DNA of 64,000 nucleotides from Candidatus Babeliales bacterium (GTDB lineage Bacteria; Babelota; Babeliae; Babelales; JBFXEV01): NCBI GenBank assembly GCA_050179755.1, contig JBFXEV010000001.1, positions 713,994 to 777,993 of the forward strand, read 5' to 3'. Shown piece by piece: positions 9,932 to 18,380 of this stretch (position 1 is its first letter; each line of letters starts with the position of its first letter). The notes under the pieces were generated by a model. It saw only the letters and a program-made list of their open reading frames with translations, ran no database searches and was not told where the DNA came from. The position numbers and the translations under genes were made by a program.

Positions 9932-10357
9932 TTAAGATTGCACGGGAATAAATAGGCTGTTGCCACTCATACGCAGAATTGGTTGTAAATCAGGAAATTG
10001 TAAAATAGCTCCCGGCAGAACTTGTAGTTGGGCATTACCATTAAATGTGATATTGAGCCCAATTATCCAACGTGCCGATGTGCTAACAATAAAAGCGCCG
10101 CTAGTACTTGATGTCAAAGTAACAACATCGGTTTGCAGATCAAACCCTGGCCCTGCTTCAATGAGCAAGCACCCGATAGTATCGGTAATAACTATATCTT
10201 CATCAAGAATAATGGTACTGGTTTCATTAGGGCGAAATGGATTATCGCACGAATAGAGTTGATTAAATTCGCTTGCAGTTATAATAACACTAAGTGATTG
10301 GGTGCAATAAAGCGATAGTGCAATACATGTTGCACTCAAAAGGTAATTGTTCATCAT
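9932..10357 (-). CDS. Secreted small beta-rich hypothetical protein
   Basis: Signal peptide; ITFNGNAQLQVLPGAIL resembles beta-helix turns; first gene of a tight 3-gene operon. Confidence 0.7.
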   Translation of the reverse strand: MMNNYLLSATCIALSLYCTQSLSVIITASEFNQLYSCDNPFRPNETSTIILDEDIVITDTIGCLLIEAGPGFDLQTDVVTLTSSTSGAFIVSTSARWIIGLNITFNGNAQLQVLPGAILQFPDLQPILRMSGNSLFIPVQS

Positions 10358-10395
10358 ATGCTCTCTTTAAGTTATATATAAAATTTATATACAAC

Positions 10396-10431
10396 TTAAG
10401 TTCAGCAGATGATGAACAACTTGTCAAGCGC
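10396..10431 (-). promoter_or_regulatory. 36-bp promoter cassette, copy 1
   Basis: Minus strand TTGACA-17nt-TGAACT with extended TG; 35/36 identical to 15271-15306. Confidence 0.75.
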
Positions 10432-11055
10432 TTAAGAATTTGGGTTTTTCATACCCTCGAGCACAGATTCTTTTGTTGTGGGAGGTGGCGCATTTTTGGC
10501 AGCCTCAGCTTGTTGCTCTGGGGTAAGTTTAGGTTTAACTGGGTCGCCAGCTTGGGTTGTGAATGTACCATCAGGGTTTCTAACCATGCCTACAGCGCCT
10601 TCTGGTAGTGGTTCTGGTGGTTTTGTATAGTTAAACGTTGCAACAGCTGCGCCATCTTCGCGCGTGAGAATAATATTTTGATTAGGGCAACCTTTTTGTG
10701 TATTGTTTTTTGGAATAGCTTTTGCAAATTCTGTTTGATCTTGGAATTTTACCATAACTGATGATACACAGAAGCCCATGCGTGCGCCTTCTTTAAATGT
10801 ATAGGTAGTAGATTCATTGGGTTGTAAGTTACGGTACTGACCTTCAGGATCAAGCCTGCCTGTTTGATCATATGCTAAATTTCCCTGACTTCCTTTACTC
10901 ACATAACTATAGCCAGCAGCGGTAATAAAAACTTGTGCGGGCGTTGAAGTATTATTTGTTATGGTAAAAAGTCTTGGCGTGGGTTCTGCTGCAAACGCAT
11001 GTAATGAAATGGTTAATGCTAGTATGGTAAGCGCAATGTTATGTACTCTATTCAT
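10432..11055 (-). CDS. Secreted protein, family B (paralog of 15343-15849)
   Basis: Signal peptide from ATG 11055; ITAAGYSYVSKGSQGNLAYD..G.LDP.G. Confidence 0.8.
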   Translation of the reverse strand: MNRVHNIALTILALTISLHAFAAEPTPRLFTITNNTSTPAQVFITAAGYSYVSKGSQGNLAYDQTGRLDPEGQYRNLQPNESTTYTFKEGARMGFCVSSVMVKFQDQTEFAKAIPKNNTQKGCPNQNIILTREDGAAVATFNYTKPPEPLPEGAVGMVRNPDGTFTTQAGDPVKPKLTPEQQAEAAKNAPPPTTKESVLEGMKNPNS

Positions 11056-11056
11056 A

Positions 11057-11650
11057 TTAATCCTTGCCAAGTTCAGCAGTAAGCGGTGTAGTACCAATTT
11101 TTGGTGTTGAACTATCCTTTATTGCTTTTTGGAATGCAGGCAATGTTGCTACTACTTTGCCGTTACCGGTAAGTACAAGCTTTATAGCGCCTGGTTCTTG
11201 TAAATCAGCTGGCGTATCAATAGAAACCATTTGGTCTACTGAAGTCCACATAGTTTCATTTGGCTTTTGCACAAATATGCCCACTATTGTTTTGCCCTGA
11301 TCACCAATATTTGGATCATTTTTAGCTTTTTTAATAGCAGCAAGTAAGTTTGCTGGCGCATCAGTGGGCAATGGTTGAGCGAGATCGAGCATGTAGAATA
11401 AGCCTTTAACTTTTTTGCCCGTGTATCTACCTTGTGTTGGGATTATTTCAATTATTTTTTTACCGCTTGTTGGTAGTGCAATGGTAGCAATCACTTGTTT
11501 ATTAATAATGCCATAATCTTCTGCCTGAATATCGGTAGTATCAATAGTTGCTTTTGCGGATTTAATGGGGCCAAGATCTAAGTTCATTGCAAAACTAAAT
11601 TGAGAGATCAAGCAACTGAACAGTGTGCTTATGAGTAAGTTATTTTTCAT
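11057..11650 (-). CDS. Secreted protein, paralog family A (lacks the N-terminal Cys pair)
   Basis: LPTSGKKII, GLFYMLDLAQPLP, MWT. Confidence 0.8.
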   Translation of the reverse strand: MKNNLLISTLFSCLISQFSFAMNLDLGPIKSAKATIDTTDIQAEDYGIINKQVIATIALPTSGKKIIEIIPTQGRYTGKKVKGLFYMLDLAQPLPTDAPANLLAAIKKAKNDPNIGDQGKTIVGIFVQKPNETMWTSVDQMVSIDTPADLQEPGAIKLVLTGNGKVVATLPAFQKAIKDSSTPKIGTTPLTAELGKD

Positions 11651-11677
11651 GATAGAGTTCCTTTTTTATTCATATTT

Positions 11678-12316
11678 TTAAAATGCTTTAGCCAAATCAG
11701 TAGTCATAACGCTAGCAGGAACAGTGTTTCCTTGCCCATCTTTATGTGCTGGTGAATAAATTTTTGCGCGTCCATCGGGAAATATCTCAGTAGCAATAGG
11801 CTTCATTTTATTAAAGGGGTCATCACTGAAAGAAGCAATGAGTTCAGCCCATTGTTTGCCAGTCGAACGATATACTTTTAACATAGTAACCGCCCAAGGG
11901 TATTCCTTTTTACCGTCAATAGCTTCTTGATAGATGTTTGGATTTGATAATCCTTTAGGCATGTTATCAAGCTCAAATGCATTAAATAAAATTTTAATTT
12001 GTTGTTCTTTAAGTCGACCTTCAGTGGGTGTGAAAGTAACTATTTTTTTGCCACCTGCAGTCATGTCTATATCGACTTGGCGTTTTGCAGTAATGCGACC
12101 TAATGGTTGTACTTTTACACCTGTAGTAGTAAAGGTTAGTAAGTCGCCAGCTTTACCAACTGTAGCCGATTTTACTACAACATCGCCTACTGAACAATTT
12201 TCAATTTCCCCTTGGCAGATGTTGGCAGTTTTACTGTTATCGTCTTGTTTGGGCAAGGTCATGTTTGTAGTAAGTGCCAGCCCTATAACCGTTAATGTTA
12301 TAATATAGTTTTTCAT
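11678..12316 (-). CDS. Secreted protein, paralog family A
   Basis: CQGEIENC, GGKKIVTFTPT, IKILF, KVY, KQW. Confidence 0.8.
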   Translation of the reverse strand: MKNYIITLTVIGLALTTNMTLPKQDDNSKTANICQGEIENCSVGDVVVKSATVGKAGDLLTFTTTGVKVQPLGRITAKRQVDIDMTAGGKKIVTFTPTEGRLKEQQIKILFNAFELDNMPKGLSNPNIYQEAIDGKKEYPWAVTMLKVYRSTGKQWAELIASFSDDPFNKMKPIATEIFPDGRAKIYSPAHKDGQGNTVPASVMTTDLAKAF

Positions 12317-12365
12317 GGTACTATCCCTTAATTAATCTAAATTTTTCATTATTCTTTCCACCTTC

Positions 12366-12397
12366 AGCATAGCATTTTTATTGACTATTAAGCAATA
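12366..12397 (-). promoter_or_regulatory. Promoter, TATTGC-N18 class
   Basis: TTGCTT (12395-12390), 18 nt, TATGCT (12371-12366). Confidence 0.6.
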
Positions 12398-12401
12398 GTT
12401 T

Positions 12402-12443
12402 AAAAAAACATACTGCCCCAAGTGATTTCTCTCTTGGGGCAGT
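12402..12443 (-). terminator. Intrinsic terminator
   Basis: ACTGCCCCAAG / CTTGGGGCAGT stem followed by a T-run on the minus strand. Confidence 0.75.
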
Positions 12444-12468
12444 GTTATAAACTACGTTTTGATTAAGA

Positions 12469-13176
12469 TTACTGTGCTGTTTTAGGGAGTTTTTGAATCT
12501 CATCAAGTGTCATACCAAGTTCAAGTTGAAGTGGTGGAGCACTTACTTTTTTGGTTGTGCCATCTGTTTGTGGCGCAAGGAACGATGGAAGATATGCAAT
12601 TACTTTACCACCTGGTTGAATTACAAGTCTGATACCTTTACCTTGTGCTAAATCTTGAGGCGTATCACTACTTCCGTCAACATAGAATGGCGTCCAAAGG
12701 CCTTGTTCATCAGGTCCTTGGCGGAACGCACCAGTTACTGTCTTTAAATCAGCAAAGTTAATTTTTGGATTTGCTTTAGCTTTTTCTATTGCTTCTTTCA
12801 TAATAGAAGGAGCATCTGCCGGCAACGGCTGGCTTAAATCAATTGTATATAACGCTGCTTTGATTTGTTGGTTGGCATAGCTGCCTGTAGTTGGCGTAAA
12901 TGAAAATATTTTTTTACCGGTTGCAGGAATAGCGATTGTTTTTTGAGTCATTCTGGTAATAACGCCAAATGATTCAACGGGAACGCCTACTGTGTTGAGC
13001 GCTTCAGGTTGGAACGCACCACCCATAGTAATATCACCAGTTATACAACCACCAACTACGTAACCTACGCAGTTAAGAATTGTTTTTACGGTTGTATCAC
13101 GCCCTGAAGCGTAACCTAACTGTGAAAACGTTAAGCAACCTACGATTGCTAACATGATTGAAGTTTTGTTATTCAT
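12469..13176 (-). CDS. Secreted protein, paralog family A
   Basis: CVGYVVGGC, TGKKIFSFTPT, YANQQIK, DLSQPLP, LWT. Confidence 0.8.
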   Translation of the reverse strand: MNNKTSIMLAIVGCLTFSQLGYASGRDTTVKTILNCVGYVVGGCITGDITMGGAFQPEALNTVGVPVESFGVITRMTQKTIAIPATGKKIFSFTPTTGSYANQQIKAALYTIDLSQPLPADAPSIMKEAIEKAKANPKINFADLKTVTGAFRQGPDEQGLWTPFYVDGSSDTPQDLAQGKGIRLVIQPGGKVIAYLPSFLAPQTDGTTKKVSAPPLQLELGMTLDEIQKLPKTAQ

Positions 13177-13242
13177 GATAACACTCCTTTATTATTAGTT
13201 ATACTTTTTTTTGTTCTACTGTATAAGTATCTTTACACTTTT

Positions 13243-13274
13243 AGTTTACCATTATTAATTTCTAATATGCAATA
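13243..13274 (-). promoter_or_regulatory. Promoter, TATTGC-N18 class
   Basis: TTGCAT (13272-13267), 18 nt, TAAACT (13248-13243). Confidence 0.6.
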
Positions 13275-13370
13275 GTTTTTCCTTGGGCGGGAAAGGCAGC
13301 GCAGGCTTGTTTAGAGGTATTCAGGTTAAAATCAAGGTAAGGCAGGAGGGTGGTTTTCAAGAATATATAT

Positions 13371-13399
13371 TGACTTTTTTAATACAGATTGAGTATTAT
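13371..13399 (+). promoter_or_regulatory. Sigma70 promoter
   Basis: TTGACT-17nt-TATTAT upstream of 13445. Confidence 0.55.
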
Positions 13400-13444
13400 T
13401 AAATTAGGTAGATCCTTAAAAAAAGCTAGTACTAAAGGAGTTTT

Positions 13445-13837
13445 ATGATGAAAAAACGTATAATTGCGCTAGCATTGTTAGTGGCGAGTATTTCTGGTTC
13501 ACAAATGATCGCTATACAGATAAAAAATAATCTTAGGTATGGTGTTGCGGTGAGTGACGCTGATGGTGCCCGAATAGCAAATATTTGCACCATGGACACG
13601 GTAAATTGTGAAATTAGAGGTAAAGTTACACGATCTGGCGTTGAGCTTACCCGTGATCAAATGCGCGTGCGTCTCAATGTAAATGGTATTGATATTTATC
13701 CTGGTGAAACCAAAGAAGTGGGTTTTTGGGGTGATGGTTCAAGATTAACTGCATATTATGATACTACCGTGTTGCAATTTACAGCGCCAGTGCAAAATTC
13801 TTTAGAGTTCCCACGCGATTTTAAATTAGCCAGATAA
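13445..13837 (+). CDS. Secreted hypothetical protein
   Basis: AAGGAG RBS, signal peptide, IKNN start. Confidence 0.7.
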   Translation: MMKKRIIALALLVASISGSQMIAIQIKNNLRYGVAVSDADGARIANICTMDTVNCEIRGKVTRSGVELTRDQMRVRLNVNGIDIYPGETKEVGFWGDGSRLTAYYDTTVLQFTAPVQNSLEFPRDFKLAR

Positions 13838-15190
13838 ATTAATTTCATTTCCTGACGTATCAAAATATTTGGCATAGGCATACGAAATATAGAGTATATT
13901 GCGTTGCCACTGCACGGCTTTAAATCGAGCTGAAAGACACATTAATTTGGGGATATTGGAATTTTTGCACCATATATCATTGGTTATTGCAAGTATGGTT
14001 GACCCTTTTTCATACCTATCGTCTGGCTTATCATTAAAAAAAAGTTCCGAACAAATATACGGTATAAATGAAACTCCTTCAAGAATATGGAGCATTGGTC
14101 GCTCATTTGTGGATGGAGTTATGCCCGGATAAGTACTGAAAAATAACTTTTCAAACAATTTAAAATTATAAATTTCTGGCAATGCTTCAGTAAGGAGCAT
14201 TGCATGCCGCTTATCAAAGATTTCTTTTAATTTCCCATTAAAAAACCAATGTAACGTGTTGCGGTAAGAAGGGCCATCCCAGCGAAATGAGCCAAGTACA
14301 ATATGTAGTGGCCGCAGCAAATCTTCTTCTGACCACATTGCGCAAAGATCAGGGTCTTTGCTTAAATGATCACAAAAAATGGATGACTCAGGCATAATAA
14401 TAAGCTTGGCATCAGGTTGTAATACCGCTACATGGAAGAATAATTCTTGCGCCAATTTTGCTTGTTTTGTTAAATCAACTTGGCTTGAAAGTTTGCTTGG
14501 CAGGTAGGCTATTTCTTTGAGCCATGCCGGTTTTATCATCGGTGCGAGCGGAATTACCAAACTAATAAGCCAGGGGGCTGCGAATGCTATCACCCAAAAA
14601 AAAGCATAGAGAGATTTTCTTATATACAAGTAAACGAGTGATCCTGAAAAACTTATAAGTAATAAGATAAGTATTGTTTTGCCAAGATAAGGCAAAAGTG
14701 CAAGTAAGCGCGGTTCCTCTGCAAGAACAAGTACGGGATTAAAGAAAAAATGCCCTTCACAGCGCCCAAAGAGTATAAAGCAATAATGTTCCATAAAAAG
14801 AATAAAAAGTGTGTACGTACTAACCCATAAAAAGAGTCGCTGCCCTACGCTGCGTAATGAAAAAAAGTTAATTATGGTATTATTGAGCAAAAACCAGCAT
14901 GCCGCATAAAAAGCAGCGGTGGAGATGAGTACTAATGCGGGAGCAAGGCGTGCAAGAATTGAGCCTTTTGCAAAGTTATCAATACCTGTAATAACGCCAG
15001 CCAGGTGAAGAGTGAAGGTAATAATTCCCCATAGAAAACCACGTTTAAACGAGAGATTGTTATATACTGCTATATATAAAAGGGGTGCAGCGAAAATAAA
15101 AACCAAGGGCCAAAAATAGCTACTCAAAAGTAATGGCAGCGCATAGCAAATTGCAGAAAGAATAAAGAGTAGCCAATGAGCGAGTATCAT
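13826..15190 (-). CDS. lnt: Apolipoprotein N-acyltransferase
   Basis: Multi-TM N-terminal half, then nitrilase domain with E (MPES), K (DKRH) and C (ICSE); TND.W. Confidence 0.8.
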   Translation of the reverse strand: MILAHWLLFILSAICYALPLLLSSYFWPLVFIFAAPLLYIAVYNNLSFKRGFLWGIITFTLHLAGVITGIDNFAKGSILARLAPALVLISTAAFYAACWFLLNNTIINFFSLRSVGQRLFLWVSTYTLFILFMEHYCFILFGRCEGHFFFNPVLVLAEEPRLLALLPYLGKTILILLLISFSGSLVYLYIRKSLYAFFWVIAFAAPWLISLVIPLAPMIKPAWLKEIAYLPSKLSSQVDLTKQAKLAQELFFHVAVLQPDAKLIIMPESSIFCDHLSKDPDLCAMWSEEDLLRPLHIVLGSFRWDGPSYRNTLHWFFNGKLKEIFDKRHAMLLTEALPEIYNFKLFEKLFFSTYPGITPSTNERPMLHILEGVSFIPYICSELFFNDKPDDRYEKGSTILAITNDIWCKNSNIPKLMCLSARFKAVQWQRNILYISYAYAKYFDTSGNEINLSG

Positions 15191-15237
15191 TGTATGCCAC
15201 CAAAAAGCAGCATTAAATAGAAGTTGTTCATCATCAT
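15187..15237 (-). CDS. 16-aa upstream ORF MMMNNFYLMLLFGGIQ coupled to lnt (possible remnant of a 9932-10357 paralog)
   Basis: AAGGAA RBS; TGA overlaps the lnt ATG (ATGA); begins MMNN like 9932-10357. Confidence 0.5.
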   Translation of the reverse strand: MMMNNFYLMLLFGGIQ

Positions 15238-15270
15238 GCTTTCCTTACAATATACAAATAAGTATATATT

Positions 15271-15306
15271 TTAAGTTCAGCAGACGATGAACAACTTGTC
15301 AAGCGC
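15271..15306 (-). promoter_or_regulatory. 36-bp promoter cassette, copy 2
   Basis: TTGACA-17nt-TGAACT; 35/36 identical to 10396-10431. Confidence 0.75.
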
Positions 15307-15342
15307 GGTCATATAGCCGCAGTGGGAATTTTGATCACCCGT

Positions 15343-15849
15343 TTATGAAGACGGTTGCTTTCCTTTAGATGGCATCTTGCCAGCAGTAACACTTTCAACA
15401 GGTTCAGTTTTTGCAGTAAGTGATTCTCCACCTTCAAAGTTAATTGAAGGTTTACCATCTGCTCTTCGCGTTAAATTAATAGTTTGAGTGGTTCCTGCAG
15501 CTACTTTATTTTCTTTAACAGCGCGTACAAAATCTGGTTCGCCTGCAAATTTTACCATAAGATCTTTTAATGGCATACCTTGGCGTGCATCGCCACCTTC
15601 CCAAGAATAATCTGTTGATTTACCGGGTTCAAGAGTACGAGTTTTCCCTTTAGGGTCATCCAAATTGCCTTCCATATCAAACGCAAGGTTTCCTTTACTG
15701 TTTTTACTTATAAAATCATAGCCTTCCGCTGTGATATATATTTCTGCATTTACGGCAGCATTATTTTTAACTGTAAAATCAGCTAATATATGGTTGCAGC
15801 TTAACGTCATAAGAGCTGCGATAGCCATGTTGAGTGATAAACGTTTCAT
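15343..15849 (-). CDS. Secreted protein, family B
   Basis: Signal peptide; ITAEGYDFISKNSKGNLAFD..G.LD.P.G. Confidence 0.8.
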   Translation of the reverse strand: MKRLSLNMAIAALMTLSCNHILADFTVKNNAAVNAEIYITAEGYDFISKNSKGNLAFDMEGNLDDPKGKTRTLEPGKSTDYSWEGGDARQGMPLKDLMVKFAGEPDFVRAVKENKVAAGTTQTINLTRRADGKPSINFEGGESLTAKTEPVESVTAGKMPSKGKQPSS

Positions 15850-15874
15850 AGTAAACTCCTTTAAGTCTTAAGTT

Positions 15875-16540
15875 TTATTTTTGTGTTTCGCCTGAGCGTA
15901 CTTGGCGGTAATATTCAAGCTTTCTGGCAAGTGAATCACCTGGATCTGGTTCTGAAAATCCTTCTTTCATCGTATCGCCAAAATCTCTAAATCCGGCAGA
16001 AACTGTTGTTACGTTTTCTGCTTCATATTTTTGCCAGCCTTCAAGTATTACTGAGGCCTTTTTGCTTGATGCAAAATCAGTAGCTTTTTTACCGCCAACA
16101 ATAGTGAGTGCACCTTTGCCGTGGAGTACTGTAGCTATTTTTAAAAGCTCATTTTGTGCTGCATAGAAAAGCGCAGTCATGCCGGCATTGTTTGGCAAAT
16201 TTAGCAATTCTGTGGCAGCGTCTTCTTTAGGTAGTTTTGTAAGCAATCGGTTGATAATATCGGTGATATATTGCGTCGCTTGTGCTTCTCCATAAAGAGC
16301 TACCGCCTGTGGAAATCCCTTAATGGCTGCAGTAATGAGCGTATTGCCGTTAGCATCACGGGCAACATATAAATCTTCGGTGCTAATCAAAAGAGATTTT
16401 GCTTGATTGAGCAAATTTACATAATCACCTTTCTCTGCAAAGGCAAAAAACTTTGTAGCTTCATCGGGCGAGCCAAATGCGCCAAAAGATGAAAGCAGCA
16501 TCATGCTTGCTCCAAGATAGGTTAAAAATTTAGAATTCAT
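15875..16540 (-). CDS. Secreted ankyrin-like protein (paralog of 17230-17778)
   Basis: Signal peptide; ARD.NGNTLI, AGMTALFYA, LLKIA..LH.KGA. Confidence 0.8.
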   Translation of the reverse strand: MNSKFLTYLGASMMLLSSFGAFGSPDEATKFFAFAEKGDYVNLLNQAKSLLISTEDLYVARDANGNTLITAAIKGFPQAVALYGEAQATQYITDIINRLLTKLPKEDAATELLNLPNNAGMTALFYAAQNELLKIATVLHGKGALTIVGGKKATDFASSKKASVILEGWQKYEAENVTTVSAGFRDFGDTMKEGFSEPDPGDSLARKLEYYRQVRSGETQK

Positions 16541-16602
16541 TGGTTTTCTCCTGTTTTTTTACTATTTTTTACCCTCATAGGGCATGCTTCTATATCACCA
16601 AT

Positions 16603-16634
16603 AGTATATCAATTTTGTCATTCAAATAGCAATA
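16603..16634 (-). promoter_or_regulatory. Promoter, TATTGC-N18 class
   Basis: TTGCTA (16632-16627), 18 nt, TATACT (16608-16603). Confidence 0.6.
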
Positions 16635-16693
16635 TTATAGTATTTTTTTACTTCAAGTGTGCAGGTTAGGGTTGAGGAGGGCTTTTTTTTGGA

Positions 16694-17233
16694 TTATTTG
16701 TAATTGCTTTCAATCAAGGTAAACCCCTCAGTTTCTTCCTTCTCTTTAAGAAACCGTGCCAATTGTTCAAACTTACGCTTTTCTTTGGGGTTTTGTAAGC
16801 GCGATGCTATATCTTGTGCCCAAGCGCTTGCTGTTTTGCCTAAACTGTCTTTAAGGGTATAGTCTACGTGCGTCTTTGTATCTAAGTAGGTAATAACCGA
16901 TTGTAGGCCAAAAAGTGCTGCCATCATAAGAGCAGTTTGCTGCGCAACATTTTGAGCATTCACATTAATGCCTTTTAGGGGAATCAATTCTTTTATAAGC
17001 GATAGTGCTTGCTCTTCAGTAATAATATCAGTGCCAACCGCTTCAAGTACTGCGTGGAGTGGCGTGTTGCCTTTGCCGTCGCGCAATGTTGCTAAATTTT
17101 TTGATTGACTGATTAGCTTACGAGCCTGTGCAACATCTCCTTTATAAAGTGCTTGAAATAACTCAGTTGACCCACGTAGCATGTTTGGCGCGCAGATAAT
17201 GCTTGTGCATATGATTATTGTTTGTAATTTCAT
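16694..17233 (-). CDS. Secreted ankyrin repeat protein
   Basis: Signal peptide; GNTPLHA, QTALMMAA, GKTA. Confidence 0.85.
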   Translation of the reverse strand: MKLQTIIICTSIICAPNMLRGSTELFQALYKGDVAQARKLISQSKNLATLRDGKGNTPLHAVLEAVGTDIITEEQALSLIKELIPLKGINVNAQNVAQQTALMMAALFGLQSVITYLDTKTHVDYTLKDSLGKTASAWAQDIASRLQNPKEKRKFEQLARFLKEKEETEGFTLIESNYK

Positions 17234-17778
17234 TTTTTATCCCCCACTAATACCCAGTCGTCTTCCAGATTCTCCCATTGCGCTAAAATTGTTTTAAGTT
17301 GCGCATTTTTTGCATAGGAAGATGCTTTTTTACCATCTTTTGTAACTGAGAAGGCTCCTTTATCATGCAAAAGAACCGCTACTTTTAAAAGCCCCAATTG
17401 AGTTGCCATAAAAAGAGGCGGCATGCCCGCTTTGGTTGCCTCATTTACCAGTTTAACTGCGTCTGCTTTATCAATCCTTAAAAGGAGCATGGAAAGTACG
17501 TCATAGAGTAATTGTGAGGCTTTTGGCTCGCCATATTTTGCTACCGCTAATTTGTAACCTTGTAAAGCAGCACTAATAAGCGTATTGCCATTATCGCGCG
17601 CGTTCATTATTTCTTGAGCAGTTAATTTGCGATTTTTAGTAAGATCGAGAAGCACTTGGTAAAAGCCTTTTTCAGAGGCTTGAAAGAATTTTTTAACATC
17701 TTCGTTTGAACCTAAAAGGGCAAGGGGTAAGCATAAAAAACTGCTTACGGCGATAGTCTTTAAGATAATGGCTTTCAT
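17230..17778 (-). CDS. Secreted ankyrin-like protein
   Basis: Signal peptide from ATG 17778; ARDNGNTLI, AGMPPLFMA; ATGA overlap with the next gene. Confidence 0.8.
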   Translation of the reverse strand: MKAIILKTIAVSSFLCLPLALLGSNEDVKKFFQASEKGFYQVLLDLTKNRKLTAQEIMNARDNGNTLISAALQGYKLAVAKYGEPKASQLLYDVLSMLLLRIDKADAVKLVNEATKAGMPPLFMATQLGLLKVAVLLHDKGAFSVTKDGKKASSYAKNAQLKTILAQWENLEDDWVLVGDKK

Positions 17779-17827
17779 GAGAGCTCCTGTTTTTTGGCTT
17801 TTAATCTTGTGTAGCCTTGTTAATTTC

Positions 17828-17859
17828 AGTGTACCAATTTGGCTATTCAAATAGCAATA
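17828..17859 (-). promoter_or_regulatory. Promoter, TATTGC-N18 class
   Basis: TTGCTA (17857-17852), 18 nt, TACACT (17833-17828). Confidence 0.6.
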
Positions 17860-17960
17860 AAGGCAATGCTTGAATGGTGAATTAAGTCATTCATTGTTTT
17901 GTAATGCGTGAATTTGTTATAATTATGGTAGAAAGATGCCGTAAATTGAGGAATAAGTTT

Positions 17961-18380
17961 ATGAAGCTACAGAGAATAACGTCTTGTTTTTTTTTATTAA
18001 TCTTAGTGCTTTATGCACGCGATCAGTATGCTCAAACCAGTACTGTTAATACCATTATTATTAATAATGAGTCTGGTATGGATATTACCGTGTTACTTAA
18101 TTATGAAGATAATACGTCGGTTACCCAATTTGTGATGAAGGGCGAAAAGAAAACATTTTATGCCCAAGATCAGTGCCTTTATGGCATTTCACTCTATAGT
18201 GAGCGTTGGCGTAATGTTACCGATATAGATTTTGACGATAAGCTTATTATTCCGGTAACATGGAACAGGTGCCAGGGTTGGATCTTTACAATAAAAAAAC
18301 GCAGCGATGGCACCGTGCACATAGCACGTAAGCAAAGTGTTCGCGCGCAAAGAGAACAACAGACTAAGGCCGGCACTTAA
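17961..18380 (+). CDS. Secreted small beta-rich protein (two-Cys type)
   Basis: GAGG RBS before ATG 17961; signal peptide; INNES, QCL...RC. Confidence 0.7.
   Translation: MKLQRITSCFFLLILVLYARDQYAQTSTVNTIIINNESGMDITVLLNYEDNTSVTQFVMKGEKKTFYAQDQCLYGISLYSERWRNVTDIDFDDKLIIPVTWNRCQGWIFTIKKRSDGTVHIARKQSVRAQREQQTKAGT

Noticed and set aside
10396..15306. 36-bp near-identical repeats as CRISPR repeats or att sites
   Set aside because: Only two copies 4.9 kb apart, no spacers, cas or integrase; they match a promoter consensus
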